Source: Proteromonas lacertae (Eukaryota). Taken from it: a DNA stretch of 64,000 bases. Both the position numbers and the translations under genes were made by a program. Below the pieces are notes generated by a model that was not told where the DNA came from, did no database searches, and saw only the letters and a program-made list of their open reading frames with translations. Of the stretch, positions 35,137-51,600 are shown piece by piece (the first letter of the stretch is position 1; each line of letters begins with the position of its first letter). The DNA lies in the NCBI GenBank assembly GCA_002245135.1, contig NGBS01001160.1, forward strand, positions 372,001 through 436,000. Reading direction: 5' to 3'.

Positions 35137-37647
35137 TTATGCAAAAATCGCATCAATATTATTGTTATTATCATTAGTAATGTTTAATTGTACAAATTTC
35201 TTCAAATATTCTTGATTCTTCACACTATCTTCCTTATACTTTATAAGTTTTCTCATTTTATTCTTATTTTCACTCAATTCTTCTCCTTTTCTTTTAGCAT
35301 TCTCAATAACTTCATCAGGAAAACCAGTCAACAAACCAACATTAATTCCAAAAGATTCATCACATCTTCCATTCTCTATATTATACAACATTGTAATATT
35401 TTTATTATTATTATTACTATTACTATCATCAGAAACAATCCCACTAACATGCAAATTAACTACAACTTTTTCATCTTCATCTTCTATATCACACATTTCA
35501 TGAAAATGAGTTGCAAATAAACAATAACATTTTATCTCTTTTATTATATATTTAGATATTGACCAAGCTAATCCAAATCCATCATAAGTTGATGTTCCTC
35601 TTCCCAATTCATCAATTATTATCAACGAATTTTCATTCACAGATTTCAATATATTACTAGCTTCTACCATTTCACTCATAAAAGTACTAATTCCTTTCAA
35701 CTGAATATCACCAGCTCCAATTCTTGCATATATACTATCAATAATAGAAACTACAGCACTAGAAGCAGGAATATAACTTCCAATTTGACTCATTACAATT
35801 AATAATCCCAATTCTCTTATATAAGTACTTTTACCACCCATATTTGGACCACTTATTATTAAGAATCTTTTATCTTTTTTATTCAATGAATAATTATTAC
35901 TTATAAATTCCATATCATCTTGACATTCTAATATTGGATGTCTACTTTCAAATATTTCTATTTCATTTCCCATATCCTTTATTTCTGGACAAACGTATTC
36001 ATTTCTAGCATTCTTTACACACAAACTGAAACTAATTATTACATCTAAATGAGATAAGATTGAACTTGACTTTTCAAAGTACTTTGTATATTTTACTGTT
36101 TCTTCCAAGATTTCTTTAATCAAACTACTCTGTAATGATTCATATTCTTTCTTTATTTCACTATATCTTTCATTAGCATCTTGTAAACCACCATTTCCTT
36201 TAGTAGTGAACAAAACACCACTTAACTTTTGTACACTTAAAACAATTACTTTTGGATTATTTCTAATCAGTTTATCATTCTTTGCTGGTATTCTAAATAT
36301 ATATCCATATATTTTATTATTATCGCATTTTAAATCTAAGTCTTTGCCCCAGCTACTTTTAGCATTATTACATATATTCATTATTTCATTATACACTTTC
36401 TGTTTATCACTATATATCTCCATTAATTGTTCATTACAGTTTGGATTGATTAAAAATCTATTACAATTTATATGTTTATTTATTAATTTATACTCTGGTT
36501 CTGGCTGATTCAATGCTTCCATATCAATATTCTGTTCAAATAAATCTTCATAACCTTTTAATCCTTGGATTGTTTCAGTTAAATCATTATAATAAACAGA
36601 TTCTAATAATTCTTTATCTTCTCCATCATAATTTTCAATTAAAGACTAATAATTCAATATATATATATATATACTTTTAAAGTAGATAATTTACTACAAA
36701 ACATATACAATGAATATAAATCTTGTACTTTAATATTAGTTTGTCTTTCCAATTTTCTACTTAATAGCGTCAAATCAGGTGTTGATTTTAAACAACTATT
36801 AATCACAGCATCTCTTAATACTGAATCATTCACAAATATTGTAACTAACTTTTGCCTTGTTATTATTTCTTCTTTATTCTTTAATGGTTGTCTTATCCAT
36901 TGCTTTAATAATCTTTCTCCTATTGACTTTGTAAATGTATTGTTTAAAACATCAAATAAACTGGAAATACATTTGGATGATTTTGAATTATTTTCTGTTG
37001 GATTTGGTAATAGATTTAAAGCTTTTATTGCAGCTGCGTCTAATTTCATGTAATTGTTGAAATTTAATGATTTTATGACAAAATGACCTAAATAATCTAA
37101 GTCTTTTAATAAATCATTGTGACTGATTAATCCACTAATGGCTTTAGCACAATTTACTTGAGAAATGATTGGATTGTATATATTACTGTCATTATTAGTT
37201 AAATGGTTTATATCTTCTGCTATATTGGTGGTTGAATACGTTCTAGTTCATAGAATTATATTATTTATACGATAATTTAACTGTACTTATTTGAATATTC
37301 AAATCTTCACAAATTGTGAAGAATCTCTTACCAATTCCTTTTGTTAAATCACCTATTCATACATAAATATAAACTCTTTAACTATACAATTTATTATTAC
37401 ATCACTAACACTTTGATTTATTATAATGTTTTCAAAAACAGATAATCCATCATCATCCAGAAATTCACAACTAGCATTTATTAAATAAATAGAATAATAC
37501 ACATGTATTTCAGATGGGCTCATTCTAATTGCTATTCCAAGTTCTAGTGTTCCTGTCTGGAATTATATAACTAAAATATAATACTTTCAAATAGCAGGCA
37601 CAAACCCTCTTACATAAATCTAAATTCTCTTCTTCTTTCTTACTCAT
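35137..37647 (-). CDS. MSH2: DNA mismatch repair protein MSH2, apparently lacking domain I
   Basis: YMKLDAAAIKALNL, WIRQPL, GPNMGGKSTYIR, STFMSEM, IIIDELGRGTSTYDGFGLAW, FATHFHE, SFGI. Five introns. Confidence 0.93.
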
Positions 37648-37656
37648 TCAACAAAA

Positions 37657-37674
37657 ATTCAAATTCGCGCCAAT
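37657..37674 (-). promoter_or_regulatory. E2F-like palindromic site plus CHR-like TTTGAA upstream of MSH2
   Basis: Minus strand reads ATTGGCGCGAATTTGAA, 10-27 nt upstream of the ATG. CGCG is very rare in this window. Confidence 0.5.
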
Positions 37675-37840
37675 CAAAAAATACAGATAATACACTGTAT
37701 TTGTATTAAAAAAATAGAATGGTATTATAATGCAGATATAGATGATAATATACATGTTTATGAATAAAACATATACAGAATAATAATAGCAACAAAATAA
37801 TAAATTTCTAAATCATTCATTCAACATTGAAGAATTCTTT

Positions 37841-38105
37841 TCACAATTCCTTCATTTCTTCTTCTGATATTCCATTTAGTTTTATTATTCCAATCGATGA
37901 AAATGTTTTTAAGAATGATTTTAATTCAGATTTATCTACATTTCCTTTTACTATTATTAATAATTATTCTAAACAATCAAACACTTTTACATTTCAACAT
38001 CATTTGCATTGATAATTTCATATCATCTTTTACTCTTTCTTTTATCTAATCAGTATATATCAATCAAAATACATCAATATCACAAGATAATATTGATGAT
38101 AGCAT
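37841..38105 (-). CDS. Small hypothetical protein or gene fragment (two introns)
   Basis: Removing two GT-AG introns gives an open frame of ~67 codons; TGAAACGA motif upstream at 38156-38163. Confidence 0.35.
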
Positions 38106-38476
38106 AACATCTAAGAAAAACAACTTTGTAACTGATTATTGTTTCAAAATTTTAATCGTTTCAATTTTCATTTTTTCTCATTTTAAAGTCAAACAAGCAT
38201 TATTGATGTTGAAAAGCTAGTAGAATTGAAAATATAGATATGTTTTTATCGAGTATAGGTGTATTTCTCTATTAGTTTGTAGATTATTCCTCAAAACTCT
38301 TAAAACAAGGTTATAATAGATATATTAATGCAGCTTTCAAAGTAAGAAGGTGCAATAGGATTAATAGTACTACTATGAGAATTACATGTCACATGTATTG
38401 TGGTGTATTTTCAAAATTACAACAGTCAAAAAATTCAAAAATTCAAATTTCAAATCCATCACTTTTGATAAAAAAG

Positions 38477-41400
38477 ATGTCTACGGATGCTCCTGGTGGA
38501 AGAGATTTATCAGAAATTGAGTCAATTAGAACATATTCTATTGCGTCCTGATACTTACAGTACGAAGTTACTCAATATATTTTGATAGTTGGATCAACTG
38601 AACGAACTGAACAGAAATTATGGGTTTGTGAAAATGAAAGAGTTCAATTATAGAGAGATATCATACGTATACATCTTCAGTTCGATTTATCTTTTAGGTT
38701 GAAGGTCTGTACAAGATATTCGATGAAATTATTGTCAATGCTGCAGATAATAAGCAAAGAGACTCATCAATGAACACCATTAAAGTATATTACCCACATT
38801 TTTATCAAATTAGGTTGAAATTAATAAAGAATCAAACAAAATCAGTGTATGGAATAATGGTAAAGGTATTCCAATTACAAAACACAAAGAATACAACATA
38901 TATGTTCCAGAATTGATCTTTGGTCAATTATTAACCTCAAGTAATTACAATGATGATAAAAAGAAAGTCACTGGTGGAAGAAATGGTTATGGTGCAAAAT
39001 TGACCAATATTTTCTCTAAAGAATTCATAGTTGAAACTTGCGATGGATCAAATCACCGTCATTACTACCAAAAATTCAAAAATAATATGCAAAATAAGGA
39101 AGATCCAGTAATTACAACAGTTAAAGGTGAAAAGGATTACACTAAAATCACATTTAGTCCAGATTTAGCTCGTTTTGGTATGACTGAATTAGAAGACGAT
39201 ATTATCGCATTAATGTACAAGAGAGTGTATGATTTAGCTGGTATTTTGAGCAATGTGAAAGTCTATTTAAATGGAAACTTGCTCAAGATTAAAGATTTTG
39301 GAGGATATGTTAGTTTATATAGCATTGGAACTGAACCAATTTATATTAAGCTAAGTGAAAGATGGGAAATAGCTGCCTCTGTAACTGATGGTACATTTCG
39401 ACAGGTTAGTTTTGTGAATAGTATTTGTACTACTAAAGGAGGACAACATGTTAATTATATAGCTGACCAAATATGTGATTATGGATTAAAAATAATACAA
39501 AAAGAATTTAAAAAGAATAAGATTGTTAAAGCACATCATTTGAAGAACTATTTATGTTTATTTGTGAATTGTTTAATCGAAAATCCATCATTCGATTCAC
39601 AAACCAAAGAAACATTAACTACAAGGCCAAAATCATTTGGCAGTGATCCACAATTACCCAAACAATTCCTCGATAAACTATGTGGCAAAGGTGGATTAAT
39701 AGAAGCAGTTAAAAACATGGGCACAATTTAAACAAACTGCAGAATTAAAGAAGAAAGGAGGAACTAAAACAACTCGATTATTAGGAATATCTAAATTAGA
39801 TGATGCAAATTGTGCTGGTACTAGAAACAGTGATAAATGCACATTGATATTGACTGAAGGTGATTCTGCCTAAAGCATTTGCTGTATCTGGATTGAGTAT
39901 TGTTGGTAGAGATTATTATGGTATATTCCCATTAAGAGGTAAACTGTTGAATGTAAGAGATGCTAGTCATGATCAGATTATAAAGAATGAAGAAATACAG
40001 AAATATAGTGAAGATATTAGGTTTGAAATATGGTCAGAAATATACTGATACTAAGAGTTTAAGATATGGTTCATTAATGATAATGGCAGATCAAGATTTC
40101 GATGGTTCACATATTAAAGGACTGTTAGTGAACTTTATACATACATTCTGGCCAAGTCTATTACATTGTAAAGGATTCTTAAAACAATTTATCACACCAA
40201 TTGTTAAAGTTACTAAGAATAAGCAAAGTATTACATTCTATACAATGCAAGAATATGAGACTTGGTTTGAAGAACATAATGAAGGTAAAGGATGGACCAT
40301 TAAATATTACAAAGGTCTAGGTACTTCATCAGCTAAAGAAGCATCAAGAATATTTCAGTGATTTAGATACTCATATTATACCATTCTCATATAATGAAGA
40401 TAGAGATTCTGATTTGATTAAAATGGCATTTGAGAAGAAGAAAGTAGCTGAAAGAAAGGAATGGATTAATAATTTCCACCAAGGTGATTATGTTAATTAT
40501 AAACTTGGTAAAATGGATTATGATAAGTTTATTAATAAAGAATTAATTCAATTCTCTATCTATGATAATAGTAGATCAATTCCTAGCTTTGTAGATGGAT
40601 TTAAACCAGCGCAAAGGAAAATATTATTTGGTGCATTTAAACGTAATTTAAAGTCTGAAATTAAAGTTGCTCAATTAACTGGTTATGTCTCTGAGCATGC
40701 TGCTTATCATCATGGTGATGCTAGTTTAGCATGGTACTATAGTAGGAATGGCACAGAACTTTGTAGGTAGTAATAATATTAATTTATTATATCCATCAGG
40801 TCAATTTGGTACAAGATTATTAGGTGGTAAAGATAGTGCAAGTCCTCGTTATATTTATACGCGATTAGAGAAGATCGCAAGATTAATATTCCATCCAGAT
40901 GATGATGCTGTATTGAAACTATCTAACTGATGATGGTCAAAGTGTTGAACCTGAATGGTATGTACCAGTAATACCAATGATATTAGTAAATGGATGTGAA
41001 GGTATTGGTACAGGATGGTCTACTTATATACCTAACTATAGTCCTAATGATATTATTAAGAATATTAGATTAAAACTATCTGGACAAGAGATGGAAGAAA
41101 TGAGACCTTGGTATAAAGGTTTTAAAGGAATAATTGAAGAGAAAACAAAGTTAACTTATACTGTTCATGGTAGAATAGATAGAATTAATGAAACTACGGT
41201 AAGAATCACTGAATTACCTATTAAGAAATGGACTCAAGATTATAAACAATTTTTAGAAACAATGATGGGTGCAAATGATAAATCAAAAACAGCTAAAATT
41301 AAAGATTTCAAAGAGAACCATACTGATACTAAAGTCGATTTTGTTATTACTTTAACACCAGAACAAATGTCTCAAGCTGAAGCTGATGGTTTAGAGAAAT

Positions 41401-43409
41401 ATTTTAAGACTGATAGTAGTTTAGCTACTTCAAATATGAATGTATTTGATGCAGAAGGTCATATTAAGAAATATGTTAATCCATTAGATATGATTGAAGA
41501 TTTCTTCCCAATAAGAATTGAATATTATCAAAAGAGAAAAGATCATTTATTGAGTGTATTAGAAGATGATAGAAAGAAGACGAGTAATAAAGTTAGATTC
41601 ATATTATCAGTAGTAAATGATGAATTGAAAGTACATAAGAGAAAAGCAATTGATATATGTAATGATATGAATAGAATGAAGTTTGATTTAATATATCCAA
41701 AATCTAAAGCAAAAGTTGTTGGTGGAGATAATGAAGAGAATAAGAATCAAGATGAAGGAGATGCTAATAATGATGAAAATGATGAATTAAGTAAAGAATT
41801 ATCAAAGAATGATTTAATAAGAGGATATGATTATTTATTATCAATGAAAATCAGCACATTAACTAAAGAAAGAGTTGAACAATTACAAAAAGAATTACAA
41901 GAGAAAGAACAAGCTGTAGCATCATTAAGAGCATCAACACCTACTCAATTATGGTTAAAGGATTTACAATCTTTAGAAGATGGTTTAGAAGAGATGAAAG
42001 CATATGAAGATAATATTGAGAAATCAATTAATAAAGCAAGAAAAGAACATAGAAGAAAGAATGGAGGTAATTATGATGATTGGGAAGATAATGATTATGA
42101 ATTTGAATATAAGAAAAGTACCACAACAAAAACCACTTCTACTACTAGAAAACCAAGAGCTAATAGTAGAACAAAGAAAGATACTGCAGCTATTACTACT
42201 ACATCTGTTAAAACAGAGAAAATTGTACCAATATTGCCAATTGCTGGAATTCTTACTGCTAATAGTATGAATAATGATGAAGATGAAGATGATGATGATA
42301 TTGTTGTGAAAAAATCAAAGAAAACAACCAAATCATCTTCAGCAACAACTACTACTACTGCTGGTAGAAGAGGTAGAAAACCAAGAGAAGAATATGAATT
42401 TGATGATGAAGAAGAAGAAGAGGAAGATGTCAATATCTCTGATATATTAGAAGATGATGATGATGATGAAGATGCAATGGAAGAAACATTTGATGATGAT
42501 GAAGAGATATTTACTAAACCAAAGAAAATAACAACAACAACAACATCAAGATCAAAACCAAAGAAAGAAGAATTGTTAGAATTAGAAGCTGAAGAAGATA
42601 ATGAATATCCATTAAATGATGAACCACCTCCAATCATGGATGATTATGAAGAAGAGGAAGAAGAAGAATTACCAAAACCTAAACCAAAAAGAGCACCACG
42701 TAAACCAAAGATCGAGAAGATGGAGATAGAGAATGATGATGATGATGATGATGAAGTAATATTACCTAAATCAATACCTAAATCTAAACCAACAGCTGAT
42801 AAACCAAAGAGACAACCAAGAAAACCAAAAGCAAAGAAGATTGAAGAAGAAGAAGAAGAAGATGATGATGATGTAGAAACATTTAATGATGAAGATGACG
42901 AAATAATTAAACCAAAACCAAAGACTACTAGAAAAACAACAACAACAACAACAACAAAATCTAAATATAATTATAGTGATGAAGATGAGGATGTTAGTGA
43001 TGTTGAATTATCAGATGTTGAATTCAATGATGATGATGATGATGAAATATTGACTAAACCAAAGAAACAAACTAAATTAAAGACTAATACATCACCTAAA
43101 GAGAAAGAAGTAAAACCAAAACAACCAAGAAAACCAAGAACAAAGAAAGAAAATATTCCACCATCTAATAAAGTAGTATCATCTACAACAAGTGGATCTG
43201 AAAAATTGAAGATTAAAAAAGACTTAAATAAACCAATTATTAAGAAACCATCAGTCTTTGATATTTCTGACGATGAAGAGAGTGAGTTAGAGACTTTAGC
43301 TCAAAGAATAAGAGGAAAGAAGTTTGAAATATCTCCAATTAAAAAGAAGATAAAGGCTGGAAATTCAGTTGACTATGAGTTAGAAGACGATGATGAAGAT
43401 TTTGAATAA
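38477..43409 (+). CDS. TOP2: DNA topoisomerase II with at least seven +1 frameshifts in this sequence
   Basis: [59 protein letters not shown]. Long acidic/basic C-terminal domain. Confidence 0.96.
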
Positions 43410-43568
43410 ATGTAGAATTTATTCTTTATTTTGTTATTTTTTCTTTTATTTCCTTTTTAACCTTTCTTTTTATAATGAATTGTGCTTGTTAGGCATTTTA
43501 CTATGAAATGACTGTCAAAAAGAAGTAATTTACACTCATAATTCGTCATTTTGATTTTTTGATTGATA

Positions 43569-46771
<3,203 letters not shown>

Positions 46772-46834
46772 TGCAATTTTGATCATTAGATATATGTTTT
46801 TCTTGCTTTTTTGTTTTTCGAGCCTCAAGCCAAA

Positions 46835-47482
46835 ATGATTTATTCTTCAATTTTTCTCTTTATCTGTTTGGTTTTATGTGATGATAAGTTGATTAAACCA
46901 TCTATTAGGACTTTAGAAGAAGGAATAGAGTTGACAAATATTGAAATGGGAAATGAACAAGTTCATTTGTATGACTCTTATTAATTGGTATGTAGATTTC
47001 GTTTGGAAACGCATTCTAATACATGTTACGAAATAAAATTATCATATTCAGCTTCTATACCGACTAATTTCGTTATGGATCTCAGAATATCAGATATGAC
47101 ACATACGCTCAATACTAAAAACATATTGGACACTAATCAATTATCATTCTGCACAGATTCTGCTAATGCAGTTATTTTACCTGGATCAGGTGTATTCATA
47201 TATTTTTGTTATTTATTATAATTATAGATACACACATATGAAACATTGTTGTATGTAACGTACAATGAACTTAGTCCCTCTATTATTCCCACTTATAATC
47301 AACAAAAGAGAACTTATAATTTACTTCTAACACCAAAAATTAATGGTTTACCAAATAATATTCCTATTTTTATAGGTATAATTGTTATATTTAAGTAAAT
47401 AGTGAAATCAATATGGATTTTATTTTTTGCTTGTTTATTTTTCCCTCTAATTTATCGTTATTATTTCTATGGAACATTTTAA
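46835..47482 (+). CDS. Uncharacterised type I membrane protein
   Basis: Signal peptide, YEIKLSYSASIP segment, C-terminal TM; three introns. Confidence 0.6.
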
Positions 47483-47538
47483 ACTTAATTAGAATTTATA
47501 AATACATAAAGAATATTTAATTTTTTAAAATTGTGTAT

Positions 47539-48523
47539 TTAAATTATCAAATTTAATCCAAAATTTGCTCCTATCATTTTTGGTTCATTTCCTATAAACC
47601 AATTCATTTTTCCACTCAAACTAGTAGTAGTATCAAAATCATAATTCCATCCCAAAGATGCAATATTATCTGTACCAAAACTAGTGGTTACTTTCAAATT
47701 ATCAGTTACATTATGTTGATATGCAACTTCAATCGGAATTGTTCTATCTTTCACTTTTACTACAGGATTTGGAATGGTTATATTTACAGCAGCAACAGAT
47801 GATATAATATCAACAGGAGTAGTAATTAATGAGATTCCAATATCATAATTATTATTAAATGTAACAATTGTTGATAATGAAGATGGTTCTATAAATGATT
47901 TCTCTTTTGAATTATCATCAGATTGATCTACTGTTGGTATGTAAAAAGCAAATAAATTTGAAGATAAATTTACACAATCTATATGTTCATATATCTTTGT
48001 ATTATAATTTAAAGCTGAACCAATACCACAATTGCCATATCGATAAATACTTTGAAAATGTGTGAAGCCAGATAAAGCATCTAATGAAAAAGAGAAGAGA
48101 AAATTGTTGCTTTTGTATTTCAAACCTGGTTCTATTACAGATGTGGCTTTCTTGGGATTCTTTGAATTGATTAAAGTTCTAGTTAATTAAAACAAAACAG
48201 TATATACTTGCAAGTTACATCAATGTTCGGTAGCAGATTATGAAATACTGTTGAAGAGGAAAAATTGTATTTTTCATCAAGACTAAAGTCATTAATTTCA
48301 ATTTCAGGTGTTGTATAATTTAAACCATAAGAATATGATGTTAAATCACTATCAACACTAGATATACCATTTCCAATAAACATCTATTTCATAAATACTA
48401 TAATAATACTATAGATGGTGTTAATTGCTTCATAAAGAAAAGCTTCACACCTGAAATGACAGTTCTGTTTAGCAAAATATCAATTTTATCTCTTAAAGTG
48501 GTGTATTCATTTATATCCTTCAT
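47539..48523 (-). CDS. Mitochondrial porin-superfamily beta-barrel (Tom40-like)
   Basis: Alternating amphipathic strands, SYSYGLNY, C-terminal NFGLNL; two introns. Confidence 0.5.
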
Positions 48524-48680
48524 TTTGAAGAAGAATAATAATTAATACACTATAATACACATACAAAATACATTAAAAGCATGTATTTCTTTTTTTCTTT
48601 ATCTACACACAATTATAAACAATTTAATATAATTATAATATGTATATTATAAAAGAATACAAAAAATATTTATTAAATAT

Positions 48681-51600
48681 TTACACTTGGCTGGTATGTA
48701 AATTATACAGTCTTTGGAAAGCATTCAAAGCAACCGTATAGTCTTGCGAAGAGAAAAATGATATATCTAATACTCTATCCTTCCCTATTAGACATATTTC
48801 TTTTGAATCATCATCATTTCTTATTACATTAATATCATCACACATCATGTAACTCTTCTTAGATCCAAATCCTTTTCTCACCCATGACACAACAATAGCA
48901 TCATCATCATCAGCTTCAATATATAAATCAGTCTTATGCGCTGCTCCTTTCCTTACATGTTTTAATACCCTCATTCCTTCTTGGAAAGTGGGTAATAATG
49001 ACATAAACTGTTGGTCATTTTGAATTACTTCTATTGTTAAAGGAACTAATCTCTTTGGCTTTCGTGCATATCTTGATTTGGGTTTTTCTGCAACTGGTTT
49101 TTCATTAACAGTTTCTTTTCTTGTTTTTATTCGAATTTGAACAACTTGTGGAACTTCCTCTTCTACTTCTTCTTCTTTTGTTGTTCCTTCTTTATTTTCT
49201 TCCTTCTGCTGTTCTTTATTCTGTTCTTTTAGTTGATTATCATCATCATTATCATCTCCAAACGGATTTCCTCCTCCTTCTTCCTCCTCTTCTTCTTCTT
49301 TATTTATTTTATTATTATTGTTATTAGTTGATTCATCATTACGAGTATGACTATGATGGTGATGATGATGATTCTCTGATTTAGATGGAGAATGATGATG
49401 ACTTCGATGATTATGATGTTTATCATTATCATCATTTTGTTCTCTTTCTTTCTTGTGTTGTTCATGTTCAGCTTTTCTTATTTCATGTTCTAATTTTCGT
49501 AATTCTTTCTCAGTCATATTTGGATTTTCTTCTTTCAATTTCTTTCGAAGTTCTTGTTTCTTTCTTTCTCTTTCTTCTTCTTCGTTTTCATTCTTTTCAC
49601 TTCTACCATGATGATGATGTCCATGACGACTATGTTCTCTGTTTTCTCTATTATTTGCTTTCACTTCTTTATCTTCTTCTTCACTATCATCTCCAAAAGG
49701 ATTCTTTGCTTCTTCTTCTTCCTCCTCTTTTTTAACAGGATAATCACCTCTCTTAATACGTTCCAATTCTTCTTCTTCTCTTCTATTCTCTTCCTCCTCT
49801 TCCTCTTTTCTTCTTCTTTCTTCTTCTTCTTTCTTTCTTTTAGCTTCTTCTTCAGCTTTCTTTCTATCAGCTTCTTCTTTCTTCTTCCTCTTTTCTTCTT
49901 CTTTGGCTTGTCTCTCTTTCTCGTGTTTCTTTCTTCTAGCTTCATCTCTCTTCTTTCTCTCTTCTTCCTCTTTCTTTCTCTTTTCTTCTTCTAATTTCTG
50001 TGAAATCAATCTTTCTTCTTCTTCAAGCTGAGCTTGTTGTTGTGCTAATTTATCCGCTTCTTCTCTCTCAGCTCTTTCTGCCTTCAATCTTTCTTCTTCT
50101 AATCTCTTTTCTTCCTCTTGTTTTCGTTTCTTTTCTTCTTGTTTTCGTAATTTTTCTTCCTCTTTTCTCTTCTTTTCAGCTTCAGCAGCTGCTTTTCTTT
50201 CTTCTTCTCTCTTTCTCTTTTGTTCTGCTGCTCTTTTAATAGCTTCTTCTGCTTCTTTTCTTTTTCTCTCTTCTTCTTCTTTTTTCTTTCTTTCCTCTTC
50301 AGCTTTCTCTCTTTCATATTGTTCTGGATCATTCTTTACAAACTTTGTTGGATCTTCATTATCACAAACAGGACACATTTCTGGTTTATTAATTGATTGA
50401 ACTGGAGTACCACATTTAAGACAAATATATAATGATGGTTCTTCTTGCGCTTTTGATTGCTGTCTTTCTTTCTCTTCTTCTTCTTCTTCTCTTTTCCTTC
50501 TTTCATCTTCTTCTTTTTGTTTTTGTTGTTCTCTTTTCTTTTCTTCTTGTTCCTCATCTTCCTTATCTTTCTTTGCCTTATCTTCTTCATCTTCCTTTTG
50601 ATTGCAGACAAATTGGAAAGGATCTTCATTATCACATACAGGACACATCTCAGGAATTTCTTTAGATTGGATAGGAGTTCCACAACATAAACATACCCAC
50701 AATAATGGCTCCTCAATAGCAGCAGCTTCTTCAGCTTCCTTTTTGACTTTTTCTTCTTCTTTTCGCTTCTTTTCTTCTTCCTCTCTCTTTTTCTTTTCCT
50801 CTTCTTTCTTGGCTTTTTCTAAATCAGCTTTCTTCTCCTTTTCTTCTTTTTCTTTTCTAGCTTTTTCTTCATCTTCCTTCTTCTTTCTTTCTTCTTCTTC
50901 TTTCTTTATCTTTTCATCACCTTCACTCTCATTACATACGAATTTAGATGGGTCTTCATTATCACAGACAGGGCACATTTCTGGTTTATTCATTGATTGA
51001 ATTGGAGTACCACAATCAAGACAAATCCACAATAATGGCTCAACAGCAGCTGCTGCTGCAATTGCAGCTTCTTCTGCTTTCTTTCTTTGTTCCTCTTCTT
51101 TCTTCTTTTGTTCTTCCTCTTCTCTCTTTGCCTTTTCTTCTTCAGCTTTCTTAGCTTTTTCTTCTTCTTTTTTCTTTCTCTCCTCTTCTTTTTTGGCCTT
51201 TTCTTCTTCCTTCTTTTTTCTTTCCTCTTCTTTTCTAGCTTTCTCTTCTTCTCTCTTCTTCTTCTCCTCTTCCTTTCTTAGTCTCTCTTCTTCTTTTCTT
51301 TTCTTCTCTTCTTCTCTCTTAGCTTTTTCCTCTTCTTTTTTCTTTCTCTCCTCTTCTTTTTTGGCCTTTTCCTCCTCCTTTTTAACTTTTTCTTCTTCTT
51401 TTTTCTTCTTCTCTTCTTCTCTCTTTGCCTTTTCCTCTTCCTTCTTTTTTCTTTCCTCTTCTTTTCTAGCTTTCTCTTCTTCTCTCTTCTTCTTCTCCTC
51501 TTCCTTTCTTATTCTCTCTTCTTCTTTTCTTTTCTTCTCTTCTTCTCTCTTAGCTTTTTCTTCTTCTTTTTTCTTTCTCTCATCTTCTTTTTTGGCCTTT

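Noticed and set aside
38477..40930. TOP2 as a pseudogene or Euplotes-style stop-triggered frameshifting
   Set aside because: All motifs are intact and only one shift site (GCC TAA) abuts a stop. The first apparent shift at 38495 can be bypassed by the ATG at 38487.
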